Assembly (NCBI GenBank): GCA_973895155.1
Contig: OZ316893.1
Coordinates: forward strand, 27,153,252-27,217,251
DNA: 64,000 nt
Source of the DNA: Marsupella aquatica
Lineage: Eukaryota > Plantae > Marchantiophyta
Reading direction: 5' to 3'
Made by a program: the position numbers and the translations under genes. A model generated the notes under the pieces. That model was not told the DNA's origin. It searched no databases and worked only from the letters and a program-made list of their open reading frames with translations. Below are positions 35,643 to 48,243 of this stretch, piece after piece. Each line of letters begins with the position of its first letter. Position 1 is the first letter of the stretch.

Positions 35643-38600
35643 GAGTAGCTAAAACAGGCTGGTAGGACAAGTGCCGGCCAAAAGATAGCGGCGCTGACAC
35701 ATTAGCCAGCCTGTGTAGAATAGGTTAGACTAATAGGACAAGCAGGCACCAGCTTAGCAAGGATATAAGTTAGCGTAGATTCTGGCACGAGGCCAGATCG
35801 GTCCTCAGCCCTTAGTATTTTGCGGCCCCCCAGTAGAGGTTAGGGAAGGGGAATTTTAGACTCAGAGGTTGGCCATTCGCAGTACGCGCGGGGAGTCCCA
35901 AACTCGGTGAAGTATCGGAGTGCCAAGAGGAGGGTATACGACTAAGCTCGTTGGGCAAGTGCGGAGCTGGGCTCCGTTGTAGTGTATACTCCTTGGCCTT
36001 GGGCCCGTTCGTTCATGAGGTGTCGGGTCAACCAATCGTAAAGTGTATGATCATAAATGAATGAAATCCTTTCTCCTTAATTCCTTCGTGTAAATCAAGA
36101 TTTTTGTTATGTATGAATGCATGTATGAGTCTCGTGTGCAAGTATCAACGTCGGGCCGAACACGTTATGCCAACCGTGCACGGGGTGCCGGATACGGGTA
36201 TGGGGTTGCGAGCCCGGGTTGAGCCCTTGTACTAATGGATCCGGATCGAAGGCGATAACATGAAGGCTTAGAAGTCTGTGAGCCGGGATCGACCCCATGT
36301 CGACTAAGGTACGTTCCGGCAGCGGAACACAAACTATACCTAGGAGGTGTCTATACATAATAGTAAGCGCACTTAGCGCTAGTTTACGTGAGTTAGGAGC
36401 ATTCTATGCGTCCCTCCCTACCCGAACCCTCATATTTATGAAAATTGTGCCTGTCTAAGCCAAAGCCCGGGGTAAGGCCTAGGCAGACGACGTGACACAT
36501 TTTGTTCAGTGAGGTGAAATCTTGAATTGTGTCTTCAAAATAATCTTCCATGATAGCAATCTTCAAAAGAAAAAGTTTAGTCCTTAGCCTAATCATCTCT
36601 TCATCCTAGGGTACCGGGGAGTATTGGAGTTCCATGTAGCACCGTCAAAGTCTTTGGACAACATCTGCAAATCTCAAATGAGGATCAATCGATCCACCAC
36701 TTCCAACTTTCCAAGCTTCTGGCAATGAATTGATATTTGCTTTGTTCCTAAGAATAGCCAAGTTTGCCTTGAAGTAGTTAGCTCTACGTACATCTATAGC
36801 AGTAGTGCTTCAAGGAGTCATCCAAAAGAGATAATGATAGGTCCATGATCCGATAGAGCTGAGGATCCATCGTGTTTGAGGTCCATCACCTCCGCCATCC
36901 ATTGCCCCTTTTCACTTAGGTAAAAGCAGTCTAATCGGGACTGAACCAATTTGCCATTTCTTACCATTCGCCATGTGAAATGTGATCCGGTAACCTGTCC
37001 CAAAATTTTTGGGCATCTTGTAAGTTGAATCATAGTTTTGGTAAATGCCAAATGTCTAGCTTCCTTCCACGAATTTTGGGAAATAGGCTAGTAGAATCTT
37101 CTTGTTTTTCCGTCATATTAAAGTCACCACTTATTATTCATTTCCCCTGGGTAAAGTGTTCAGCAAATCATTCCACAATAGGGTACGTTCACTCATTGAG
37201 TTAGGTGCATAGATGCTAATCAATCCATATATTTCATTATCTGATTGTAATGTAATCCAAACATCTTGTTCTTTATCTAGAATGTGTTAGACTCTACCCA
37301 TTGACCGGACCAACCGGTCACCCGGCACACCTATATGTACCATGACCCTACTCATTCTATTGACAGTTACTATTCATTATCCTATCATACGTTATCAGCA
37401 CGACTCACCCAGCTTAGAGCACAGGAGAGCGAAAAGCTATGGCAGGAGAGAGAAGAGAAATACCAATGACAGAAAAAAGGGAGCACCGAGCCAGGTCCGT
37501 CAAAGTTGGCTCACCAAGGAGATGTCCAGTTTTTATCCTCCGACAATGAATTTCAGGAACTGAGGAAGGTGAATTAAGATTGAGGTGACTGGATTAAATT
37601 CATTATGAAGATTCAAAGCAATTTGTTACAATCACGGACTCTCCACTGTCCAACTCGAGATTCGGTTATCCAGGGCGATGTACAAAGAGTTTGCTGGTGA
37701 AATGAGAAATCTACAACAAAGTTATCATTCTACCGCATATGGAGAGTCACCAATGGACAGACTCTTTCAATCAGACTGCAGACCATCAGAAGACGATTCC
37801 TCCCAAGAACCAATCAATCAAACAGAAGAAACGATCAATCAATCGAGTTTGAGAGCAAATCGAGTTTGTAAGCAATTGAGAAGTAGACTCAAAACATAGA
37901 AGAAGTAGACCTATTGAAACAAGAACCAGAGAACGCGGCTCAGATGGACGAAGATACGCAAATAGAGAGGAAATTGACCACTCAAGCAAAATTGAACCAG
38001 ATATCCGGATGACATTGAGCTTTTCCTCATCGGAGTGTAGCTCGTGAGATCAACAATTGATAAGGACATAGAGAACACAAAGAACAAGAGAGCAGAAAAG
38101 AAAGGATCGGTTAGACAAGGGATCCGAGGCTGCTTGATGAGAAGGATCCCTATGCATATTTCGTTGTTGAAAAGGGCTGCATGAACAAAACTTGAGATCT
38201 TGTCGAAGAAGACTGAGAGAAATAGAAGCAGATAGGAAGCAAATTGCAAATAGAAGCACAAAAAGCAAGTTGAAGAATCGAAGGAGAGCCAATTGACCGA
38301 GATTCGAAACAACACCTGAAGGACGAGGTAAGGAGGCGAGAACGGGGCTGTTCGAAGGGAAAGAACAACATTGCTGAACACCCATTGACAAAATGTCGAG
38401 ATAAAGCCCCTAACCACTTCACCCTCCTTAAGTGCAAATTTCAACAAGGCAATCTTGTTTTCCGTGTATTCATGTGCACTTAACAACTTAAGTGCATCCC
38501 TTCATAACTGCACACCATAAAAAGGAAACTTAACTTACAAAGCCGCACGTGCACTTAACCAGGGTATGAGTAACTAATCACCCATAATTGCACAAACTGA

Positions 38601-38858
38601 AAAAATCCATTACTGCACAATATAACAAAGGAAACAACACATACAAAGAAAACTTTGCAATTAACCAAATAACAAGGAAAACCTAAATCCTAAGTGCAAA
38701 CCCTAAAACTGAATTCCAAATTTGCATGCTCTCTGCACCAAGTCCCACTTTGCATGCCGCATAAATGTGCTTTGTCGACTTTTACTTATGGCTATTACTC
38801 TATAAGCCCTAATTACTATCAAAAACGAGCTTAGAAAATAGTGCCATAGCAACCCTAA

Positions 38859-41800
38859 ATGGCCAACCTGGAGAAATTGACTTTCCCACCTTTAGAAATT
38901 GATGGTAACAATTACCTCGAGTGGTCCATGAACCTCAAGGAGAACCTGACCTCTTTAACCCTACTCCCAGCTATAGGGATAGCTCAACCCATACTAGACC
39001 CGTTAACCAAGGTCAATGAATCAAAGGCCCTAGTATTTCTCCGACGTCATATCCATAGGTTCTTGCAAAGACAATACATGCACCTAACCACCCCTCGCAA
39101 GCTATGGACAACGCTTAAGACCCGATTTGACCACCAGAAATTGGTCGAACTACATAGAGCCCACCAAGAATGGCTAAACTTACGGGTCCAGGATTTTACA
39201 TCCATCTCAACCTACAATAGTGAGCTATTCAGAATCACCTCAACCCTTGCACTCTGTGGCGAGCCAGTCATAGACAAGGACTTGCTAGAAAAAACCTTGT
39301 CCACGTTCCACTCTTCAAACGTACTACTATCAACCCAGTACCGGAATATGAAGTTCGGACAATACTCAGAGCTCATCGCCCACCTCCTAGTAACAGAAAG
39401 GAACCAAGAGCTCCTTTTAGTTAACTCTAGGAAACGTCCTACGAGCACACTACCCCCAAGACCAGAGAGAGAAACCCATCACATCGACAACGCTGGACCC
39501 TCTCATCAAGGCAGGATGACAAGCGCGCCAAGAATGGTAATAGGAGAAACACCCTCAACAGGGGAGTTTCTTCAACCAACACCAACAACGCGGCGCCTTT
39601 CGACGGGCCTTTTGAGGTTGCCCAAACGGGCACCCACAACAACAGAGTTTTTGAAACAACTTCACACACGGCCGAGGACGCGGACAAGGTCGAAGGAGAT
39701 ACCAGAATGACCGCCAAAGTGATCGGCCTCAACCTCGACCACAGCGAGAATGACCAAGATGCCACGAATGTGGCATGACCAACCATCTGGACCGCAACTA
39801 TAGGATTCCACAATACCTTAGAGATTTATACCAACAATCCCTACAAGATGGCCAAAACCCTAGGGCACCACCCCGTGAGACCCACGGGGCGTTTATGGAA
39901 TCCAGAGACTTATTTCAAGATTTTTCAGACACACCTACGCAACTTGAGGCACATTTAGTGGCGAGTAGCTCCACAACCCCAGACCTAAATAGTCCTAGCA
40001 CATGCATTATTGGTAGCACGACTACTCATACTATCCTTCGAGATAGAACTCTTTTCCACAAGATCACACCTTCAAGTAGATCACTGACCACTATCAATGG
40101 TCCTAGCCAGATAGAAGAGGGCTTTGGCCCAACTTCTATTTGACTTCCATAGGGTACAGAAATCCAGATAGAATCAGCTATTTTTGCCCCGAATGCAACC
40201 CGTAATGTCCTAAGCTTTAGGGATATACGAGCAAATGGACTCCACGTCCAAATAGAGGATACAAAAGATCATGAAGTAATCTATTTGGTTGAAAATACCC
40301 CTATGGGGAAAATCATTAAAGAGACTCTTTTCTCGTACCCATGCGGGTTTTACGTAACTCAAATTGAATGTTTGCATAACAATGCACAACCAAGTGAATT
40401 GCCCACGCTTTGGCATGCACGCCTTGGCCACCCTGGCAAACTAATAACAAGGCCCACGACATCAAAATTGCCAACCAAGATACCAAAATTCTTGGACATC
40501 ATACATGCGGATGTCTGCGGGCCAATTAACCCACCGAGCGAACCATTCTGCTACTTTATGGTATTGATCGATGCATCAACCAAATGGTCAAATGTGACCT
40601 TGCTTTCGACGCGGAACATGGTTATGCCTCGCATCTTGGCGCAAATCTTGCGCGTGAACGCACAATTTCCCGATCACCCCATTAAGACACTAAGGGTGGA
40701 CAATGCAGGGGAATTCACATCTGAAACATTTTGACGATTTCTGGACACCACTAGGTATCGATGTACAGTATCTTGTACCCCATGTGCATTTCCAGAATGG
40801 ATTAGCTGAAGCTGTCATTAAACACCTTCAGCTAATTGCACACCCACTACTAATGCAATCAAAACTCCCCGTCTCACCATGGGGACATGCCATATTACAG
40901 GCTAACGCATTAATTCAATACCGCCCATCAGCTTTTAATACTTATAGCCCATACCAAATTGCTAACGGTATCAAACCCGATCTATCCCACCTTTGTTCAT
41001 TTGGATGTCAAGTGATGGTCCCCATTACTCCACCCAAACGAACCAAGATGGGACCCCAACGACAGTTGGGGATATACATCGAATTTGACTCACCGTCCAT
41101 AATCAGATATATGGAGCCTACAACAGGCGACGTTTTTAAAGTCAATTTTTTAGATTGCCATTTTGATGAGCATATTTATCCACCATTAATAACCCCTGAA
41201 CACCCACTACCACCTTTGGAGTGGGAGAGACATTCGTCATTTTGGCAAGACCTTAGAACAAATCAGGGGGAGAAAGAAGTTCAACGAATTTTGCAACTCC
41301 ACAAGATTGTGGAAGAATTTCCCGACACTTTTGTCGATACATCACAAGTTACCCACTCACATATTCCAGCTGCGAGAGCATCCGCTCGCATCGAATTATC
41401 AAGAGAGCCAGCAAGTACATCCCAACCTCGTGCCAAACATGGCAGACCCTTGGGATCAAAAGATAAACAACCAAGAAGGCATGGTTCATCTATCCCTCCT
41501 TCACCTGACGTAGATCATACTGACTCCATAACTCATGAAGAGATCTCTATCCACTACGCACACACCGGTGCGATGTGGGATGGAATTACTACTTCAATAG
41601 ATGATGCTTTTGCATTAATGGTGGCAACACATATCAATGATGATACACTTGAACCAATTTCCATATTAGAATGCCAAAACAGACCAGATTGGCCTGAATG
41701 GCAAAAAGCTATCAATGGCAAATTAGATTTCCTACTAAGCAGACATACTTTTGGCCCAGTTGAGCCAACACCAAGAGACGTACACCTCATTGGCTACAAG

Positions 41801-43398
41801 TGGACCTTTGTCCGCAAAAAAATTGATAAAGGCCAGGTTGTACGCTACAAAGCACGTCTGGTAGGGAAAGGATTCACCCAACAATCGAGAATCCATTATG
41901 ATGAAATTTACTCACTGGTTATGGACAGCACAACATTTCGATACCTTATCGGATTTGTCATTTTCCATAAACTTAAGATGCGACAACTGGATGTCGCAAC
42001 CGCATATCTATATGGAACTTTAGACACTTGTCTATACATGCGATCACCTCCCAAGTTGGAGGAACGTCGTCAAGCTTTAGCTCAAGGCGCTACATTGCAT
42101 ATTCCATATTTACATAAGATTATCAACCGAACACATCAAGTTACACCTCATATGTCATCTACACATGTAACTCATCAAAATGATACCCCTGTGTCAGCCA
42201 TACGGCATACTCGCTATCTGCGTGTTGAAGGCATTATATGGCCTGAAACAAAGTGGCAGAGTATGACATCAAAGATTCACTGATGAGATGATTTCCATGA
42301 GTTTTTCCCGTGATGTAATTACTCCATGTTTATTTATTAAACATGTGGATGATGAATATGTCATCGTCTCTATTTATGTTGACGACTTAAACATATTTGG
42401 GACACCCCAAATTACAAAAGATACTATTACCCATCTCAAAACAACATTTGAGATGAAAGACCTTGGTCATACAAACTTTTGTTTAGGTTTACAATTGGAG
42501 ATCTTGCCTACTGGCATGATGCTCCATCAGACAACACAAACTGAAAAGATCCTAAAACAGTTCAATATGAACTTAGCACACCCATTAACGTCTCCAATGG
42601 TGGTACGTTCATTAGAAAACACTACTGATATTTTTCGTAAGCGCAAAGAACACAAACCACTATTAGTACCGGAAACTCCATATCTTTCTGCGATAGGAGC
42701 ATTAATGTATTTAGCAAATCAGACCCGACCAGACATTGCATTTGCAGTTAACTTACTAGCTAGGCACAGTGCAACTCTCACAGCCAGACACTGGAACGGA
42801 GTTAAGCACGTATTTAGGTACCTGCGTGGCACCACTGATACCGGGTTATTTTACCCATTCGGTGCAAACCACGAACTCACAAGATATGCGGATGCCGGAT
42901 ATCTTTCCGACATTGACACCGCAAAATCCCAAATCGGATATATTTTTACTATAGGGGGTACCACTTTTTCTTGGAAAAGCGTGAAACAGACCCTAACAGC
43001 AACCTCATCGAATCACTCAGAGATTTTAGCTCTACATGAGGCTAGTCGCGAAGCCGTTTGGTTATGATTTTTTATAAATCACATCAATACTAAATGCGGC
43101 CTACCAACACTAACGAAGCCTACTAATATCTTTGAATGAGGATAACGCAGCATGTATACAACAGATCACGAAAGGATTCATCAAAGGCGATCGAGTGAAG
43201 CACATAGCTCCAAAGTTCTTCTACATCCATGAGTTATATGGAACAAAGATCAACATTTTACAGATTTTAAGTGCAGACAACTGTGCAGATCTCTTCACCA
43301 AATCACTATCGCCGGTCATTCATCACCGACACTGCCAGGCGATTGGACTACGGAGCGTACGATGCATGATGACCATGAAGGATGCTGCTACACCATGA
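38859..43398 (+). pseudogene. Copia gag-pol, frameshifted
   Basis: ORF fragments 38859, 39775, 40285, 40703, 42288 and 43132 follow Copia order gag-PR-INT-RT-RH. LWHARLGHPG runs directly into KLITRP, so the CxxC half of the integrase zinc finger is deleted. Confidence 0.9.
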
Positions 43399-43609
43399 CT
43401 GATGATACTGACGACTTACTGTTGAGACAAATGTTGAAACTAGATTTACTATAGCATCTGACTTTATATAATATTGATACTTATTACGATGAGGACTGTT
43501 AGGGTGCACTCTTTTTCCTTTAGCACTCAAACTTTTTCTCTGCTACACCTGTAGAGTTTTTATTTAACTAGAGTTGATAAAGGTTTTTTAACGAGGTAGT
43601 CTACCTCAC

Positions 43610-43754
43610 TTGTACTCATATCATGTATACTCTATTAACATGGTATGATAGGTCTAGTCTATATTGTCTACATAGTTGTCAATTGTACTCATATCATGTA
43701 TACTCTATTAACATGGTATGATAGGTCTAGTCTATATTGTCTACATAGTTGTCA
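43610..43754. repeat. 73-bp-period tandem duplication in the Copia 3' UTR
   Basis: TTGTACTCATATCATGTATACTCTATTAACATGG...CATAGTTGTCA starts at 43610 and 43683; the copies are identical by eye. Confidence 0.92.
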
Positions 43755-46160
43755 CTATATAGACAAGGGGGAGTGTTAGACTCTACCCATTGACCGGACC
43801 AACCAGTCACCCGGCACACCTATATGTATCATGACCTTACTCATTCTATTGACAGTTACTATGAATCATTATCCTATCATAAAATGTTGGTTTTCAGTAT
43901 CACAAAAGACGGGTGGATTCAAATTGCAGTGCCTCCCCTTCCATCATTTGGAGGCGAATAGAAATACTAAAAGGATGGTAAAATAGCTCAAAGAGCATTT
44001 TCAAGTCTAAAGGCATCTACTTTAACCTCTTGTAAAGCCATATAAGCAATGGGTAGGTGAATTGAAGCTGTCATTTGAGGACAACATTTTGGTGGTCAGG
44101 GTCATGATGCAAATTGCAAAATTTTAATTGCTTGCCAATATTACTCAGCCCATTCCCCCCCTTCTTGATGGGGCCACTTTCAAATATCACATCATAGTGC
44201 GTTGTCTTGGACAATCTCTGGACTCCTCATTTCAAGATTCAACACCGGGTCATTCAGACTTGCCAAAGGTGGATCATCCTTCCAATCCTTTTGAAGCACT
44301 TTGCTATTCTCCTTTGTGCTTCTTGTCTAACGTAGACCATCCCTCTGCATCCTGCATCTTAGCATTCAAAGAAAAATGTAAGGAATGTTGATTTTGTGCT
44401 TTCTTTTTCATCTTTTCCTTCTTTTTTTCCTTAGGGGAGATCTTCTAGCTAGCTTCTGAGCACCTTCTCTCTTGAGTTCTATTCTTGCAATATACCCTTT
44501 GAATTTAGACAATTATATGTCAAAATGGGGTTTAGAGATAGAGATTCACTCTTTGTCTCCATCCTTCGATGTTAAAACCGGTTCAATTGCAATGTTTCAT
44601 TTGGAGTTTGTGTTGCACGGATATGTGATCCGGTAGGTCATTGCCTCCTTCTATCGTAGCAATAAAGGGGAGTACTACTGTCTCTTGAAAATTGCGTATT
44701 ACCTTGGGGATCACATCATCATGTGAAAGAACAAAGGATGAGTGGTCCCTGACCTCTACTGACCTTGCTAAATTGCCCATTCTCTGCCAGTGGTCATCGG
44801 GTGGGTATTCACCTCATTCACCGGAGAGACGTACTGCCCAAACATGATCTGTGGTTCAATCCCACCAGCAACTGGAATGGCGTCTCCTTAGGTAGGAGTG
44901 GCACCACACTGATTTCCAAGACATGTGTATTCTCTCCATCCAAAATAATGGCCGCTAGCGGAACCTGAGGTGCCATGTTGTCAACAATAGGGGCCACCAT
45001 GATATCTGGCTAAGTGTATTATCTGCTGTAGTTTGAGGAGGTACTATCACCTCCGAGTCCTCAATTGTACTGCAAACTCAAGCCAAATGCCCCTTCTTAC
45101 CACACCTAAAGTAGTGAAATGGTATGTTTTTAAACATCATCGGTTGCCATATCGATAGTCCTTCCTGAATTTCCACTTTTACAATCAGTGGCACCTCCCT
45201 CTAAGTATCCCAAAGGATACAAGCATGATCATGCGGGTAAGAGCTTAGATCATCTCCCTGAATGTAATAAAGAGTATCTCCTAAGGAGGTAGCTAACTTC
45301 CTCTGACAGGGTTCAAGAATCAAAGCTCTAAGTAGAATTTCTATCCATATTGGAAACATTATATAGGATTTACTCCTAATGTCAAAGAAGGGGTCCCATG
45401 GGAATGTGAAGATGAATTTTGATCCAAAAACCAAGGGGCACTTGCTAATGCAAAGTCCCTGTGCACAGGATCCTTGAAGGTGAGCAAACTCTACCCCACA
45501 AGTTTCACCTAAGTCACTGGCCAATTCATTTTGTGCACAAAAGTCTTGTTCACCCAAAATTTGAAGATAGGCAACATTGGAGTCCTGTCAGCGAAGTAGC
45601 ACATCATTGTGTAGTTAAAATGCTTTGTTATCGTCTCAACCGCTTCTTTCAGGGACCACTAGATCTTGTGTGAAGTTCCAAAGGCCATTCTTGAATAGAG
45701 AGGTCGGAAATTCTTTTGAGAATTGGAATACAGGCAACAATTTCCTTCTCAACTTACACTCGATCAGATCTCAGGTTATTGTTATTCTCAGTAGACCTGG
45801 CCTCAAACTTGCTTCTATCCCCGATGTCATCCTTGAAGTGTTCCAAGGTAGGCTCACTTGAAGCGAGACTCAACACTATGCAACAAAGAGAACAAGGGAG
45901 AAAAATGATATATTTTCATAGACACACGTCGCAAAGTCCTCCCTAATGTTCCAAGTTCAAAGGCATCTTTCCAATTTCAATCATTTCTCTCCACTGAGCC
46001 GAGCTGGACCTTGCAATTGTGCAAATCTTCTGTTGGAAGCATTTGAAGGCTTTCATGTGTAAAGCCTTTGGCGAGCAAGATGAGGGAGGGCCGTAATGTT
46101 GCAAGGCATGACGCAAGAGAGAAGTCAAGAAGAGGTAGTTGGGTATATTTTGGTCATACA

Positions 46161-46436
46161 CTCGGGGGGTTGACTATAAAAAATCTTAGGAACCACGTGC
46201 AATCCAAAATAGGTATTTTTGGCAAATTTTATCTAAATTTTTAAAAAGCGTAGGAGGCAAAAGAAGGTATTATAAACTCATGTTTATAGAATTTTCTTTA
46301 ATATATACCCTTTATAAAGTAAAATAGGTTATTAACATTGAAAATAGAGAATATTCTCTTTATAAAATATGTCTATTTTTATTAGGCTAGGATCGCACGT
46401 GGTACCCCAAAATATACACTTAGTTAACCCCCCGAG
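46161..46436. mobile_element. MITE (276 bp) with an 8-bp TSD, hAT-like
   Basis: TIRs CTCGGGGGGTTGACTA / TAGTTAACCCCCCGAG match 15/16. Subterminal inverted motif GGAACCACGTGCAATCC / GGATCGCACGTGGTACC. Perfect TSD GTCATACA at 46153-46160 and 46437-46444. Confidence 0.9.
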
Positions 46437-47924
46437 GTCATACAAAGGAAGGGAAGGAAGGGCAGGCCTGAGGGCAGCCAATCCGTGCCAAAGACAACAA
46501 ACTCAGGGATAGCCAAGTGCGAGATCAAGGGCAACACACACTCTTTGATGGTGAATGGGGCACAGGGATGACACTAGATGTGTCAAGTAGATCATAACAT
46601 ATGTCTCTTTTCTTAATTCACCCAAAAATAGGTGATAAAGTGATAAATAAAATTAATAGGGTAAAGATGTATGTACATAGTATGGATAAGAGAGGAACAT
46701 TCTAGTCATTTATCCAATAGTGTTAAGATTGTGTTTTATTTGCCCCACTTTCAGGCCCACCCCCATTTTGCACCTCACTCCAATATATATTGTTGGAGCA
46801 AATCACAGTCATTTGTGACTTTGGGGGTCACCCTTCAATAAGTGTTGCAATCAAAAGATAGATTAAGCTTTTCTATTTGAATTTTCAGCCCCTTCTAACC
46901 GATACAGGTAGTTTCATCAAGAATCTTGACAAATATCTCTTTCTTATATATTCTTTGCTGTCTACCACTAATGAGCTTTATTTTTTGTGGGGCGACAAAA
47001 TCTCTCAACACTCAGATTCAAGAATGATAGAACCAAAAGAAAAACTTTGATATCATGCATAATACGTTTGCAAGACTCCAAAAATCAATCGCATTGATAG
47101 TTGGGCTTTGTTGAGAGAAGACATATATTTTGTCTTTGATACTTGATTGGTTTCGCCAAGTATTTTTGTTGATCAAGATGTCAAACAAGTTAGCTCTAGG
47201 GTGATTCTAGTATGCGCTGAAATTTTACAATCAGATATTTGAGGAGGTGCTAAATTTGCAAGGTTGGAGTGAATGATCGGATGCAATCCTCTTATGGTTA
47301 ATTTTTGTCCTTTGAAATGTACATTAATAGATTTTTTCACACCTTGAGTTAATACTAATCGATAGCTTAGCAACACAACAGCAAACGCACTTTGTTCATG
47401 GGGAAGTATAAACATGACTAGTCCATTGTAAAGCAGCGCAAACACACTCAATATGAGGAAGATTGGAGCAAACTTGGCTGGAACCATGGTTCTATCCTTG
47501 AGAAATATTTTGGATATTTTTGTCTCAGCTTAAAACTAGCCCAACACTTTCAAACTTGAACCCAACAAAGAGATTCACACTAGTAGGATGTAAAACACTC
47601 AACCATCTGCCTTGATAAAGATACAAAGCTCATGAGCTGCAACCATCTTGGAAACAGTCCCACCTTTTGTTTTCACATACATCTTTTTTGGGATGAATCA
47701 CCTGGACTATGTTTGGATAGAATTAGTTTAGGGTTTAGGCCTTCACAACAACAAGAAATTCCCATGGGTTCCTTGTGCATGTTACATTCCATGTACTCAT
47801 TCTCATTTCCTCAATGTATCAACCTGGAAGCTCAAACAGGGTTAGAGTGAACATTCATAATTAGTCACTGTAGCAATTTTCAATATTAAACTAAAGAAAG
47901 CCCAAAGTTATTTAAGTATGCTAC

Positions 47925-48243
47925 CTTGGGGAAGGGTCACTATATGAAGGGCCATACATTGTGAGCAACATTTAGGGTTTGACCCCTTAACTTATAAGTG
48001 AAATTTTTTGCAACACCCTTTCATTCTTGAAATTTTGCCACTTTTTACTTAAAAGCCCCTAAAAGTTGTAATAAATTATTTTTACAATTAAATAGACCTA
48101 TTTTTCTTTAAACCTGACCAATCAATAAAACATGGCCTATTTATTATTCCCCAAAACCCTGGAAGTCTTTAGCCACACCCATTTAAATGGGCCTATACTT
48201 TGTCACACGTGACATGCCACTTTCGTGAAAGTGACCCCCCGAG
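47925..48243. mobile_element. Possible older MITE related to 46161-46436
   Basis: The right end GTGACCCCCCGAG resembles the MITE TIR. The left end CTTGGGGAAGGGTCAC is a degenerate inverse. The core is AT-rich and the TSD is unclear. Confidence 0.4.

Larger units (their letters stand above)
32491..36497 (+). mobile_element. Element B: 4.0-kb solo-LTR-like unit with TG...CA termini carrying a decayed protein-coding gene
   Basis: Starts TGTGACGTCG and ends CGACGTGACA (9/10 inverted match). Flanks are CATTC (32486-32490) and CATTT (36498-36502). Removing it rejoins LINE ORF2 sequence. No gag or pol. Confidence 0.88.
37285..43881 (+). mobile_element. Full-length but decayed Ty1/Copia LTR retrotransposon, Bianca-like lineage
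   Basis: LTRs at 37285-37389 and 43774-43881 (TGTTAGACTC...CCTATCATA). TSD GAATG/AAATG. PBS CGTTATCAGCACGA and PPT AAGGGGGAG. Gag MANLEKLTFPPLEIDGNNYLEW; INT IHADVCGP, RVDNAGEF, QNGLAE; RT YKARLVGKGF, LDVATAYL, YVDD; RNase H YADAGY, EDNAAC, ADLFTK. Confidence 0.95.
32335..45900 (-). mobile_element. Decayed L1-clade LINE in three pieces (about 45900-43882, 37284-36498, 32490-32335), split by the Copia and by element B
   Basis: ORF1: PIWIEI and zinc knuckle-like IPFHYFRCGKKGHLA (about 45083-45130). ORF2 endonuclease: ALQEVK, GRGGTAI, IYAPN, SGDFN, SRLD.FY, LSDH. A post-endonuclease ARIN*LG*GDEPSKFLFA motif lies at about 32390-32445. Coding motifs continue in order across both insertions. No RT domain is present. 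Confidence 0.85.
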
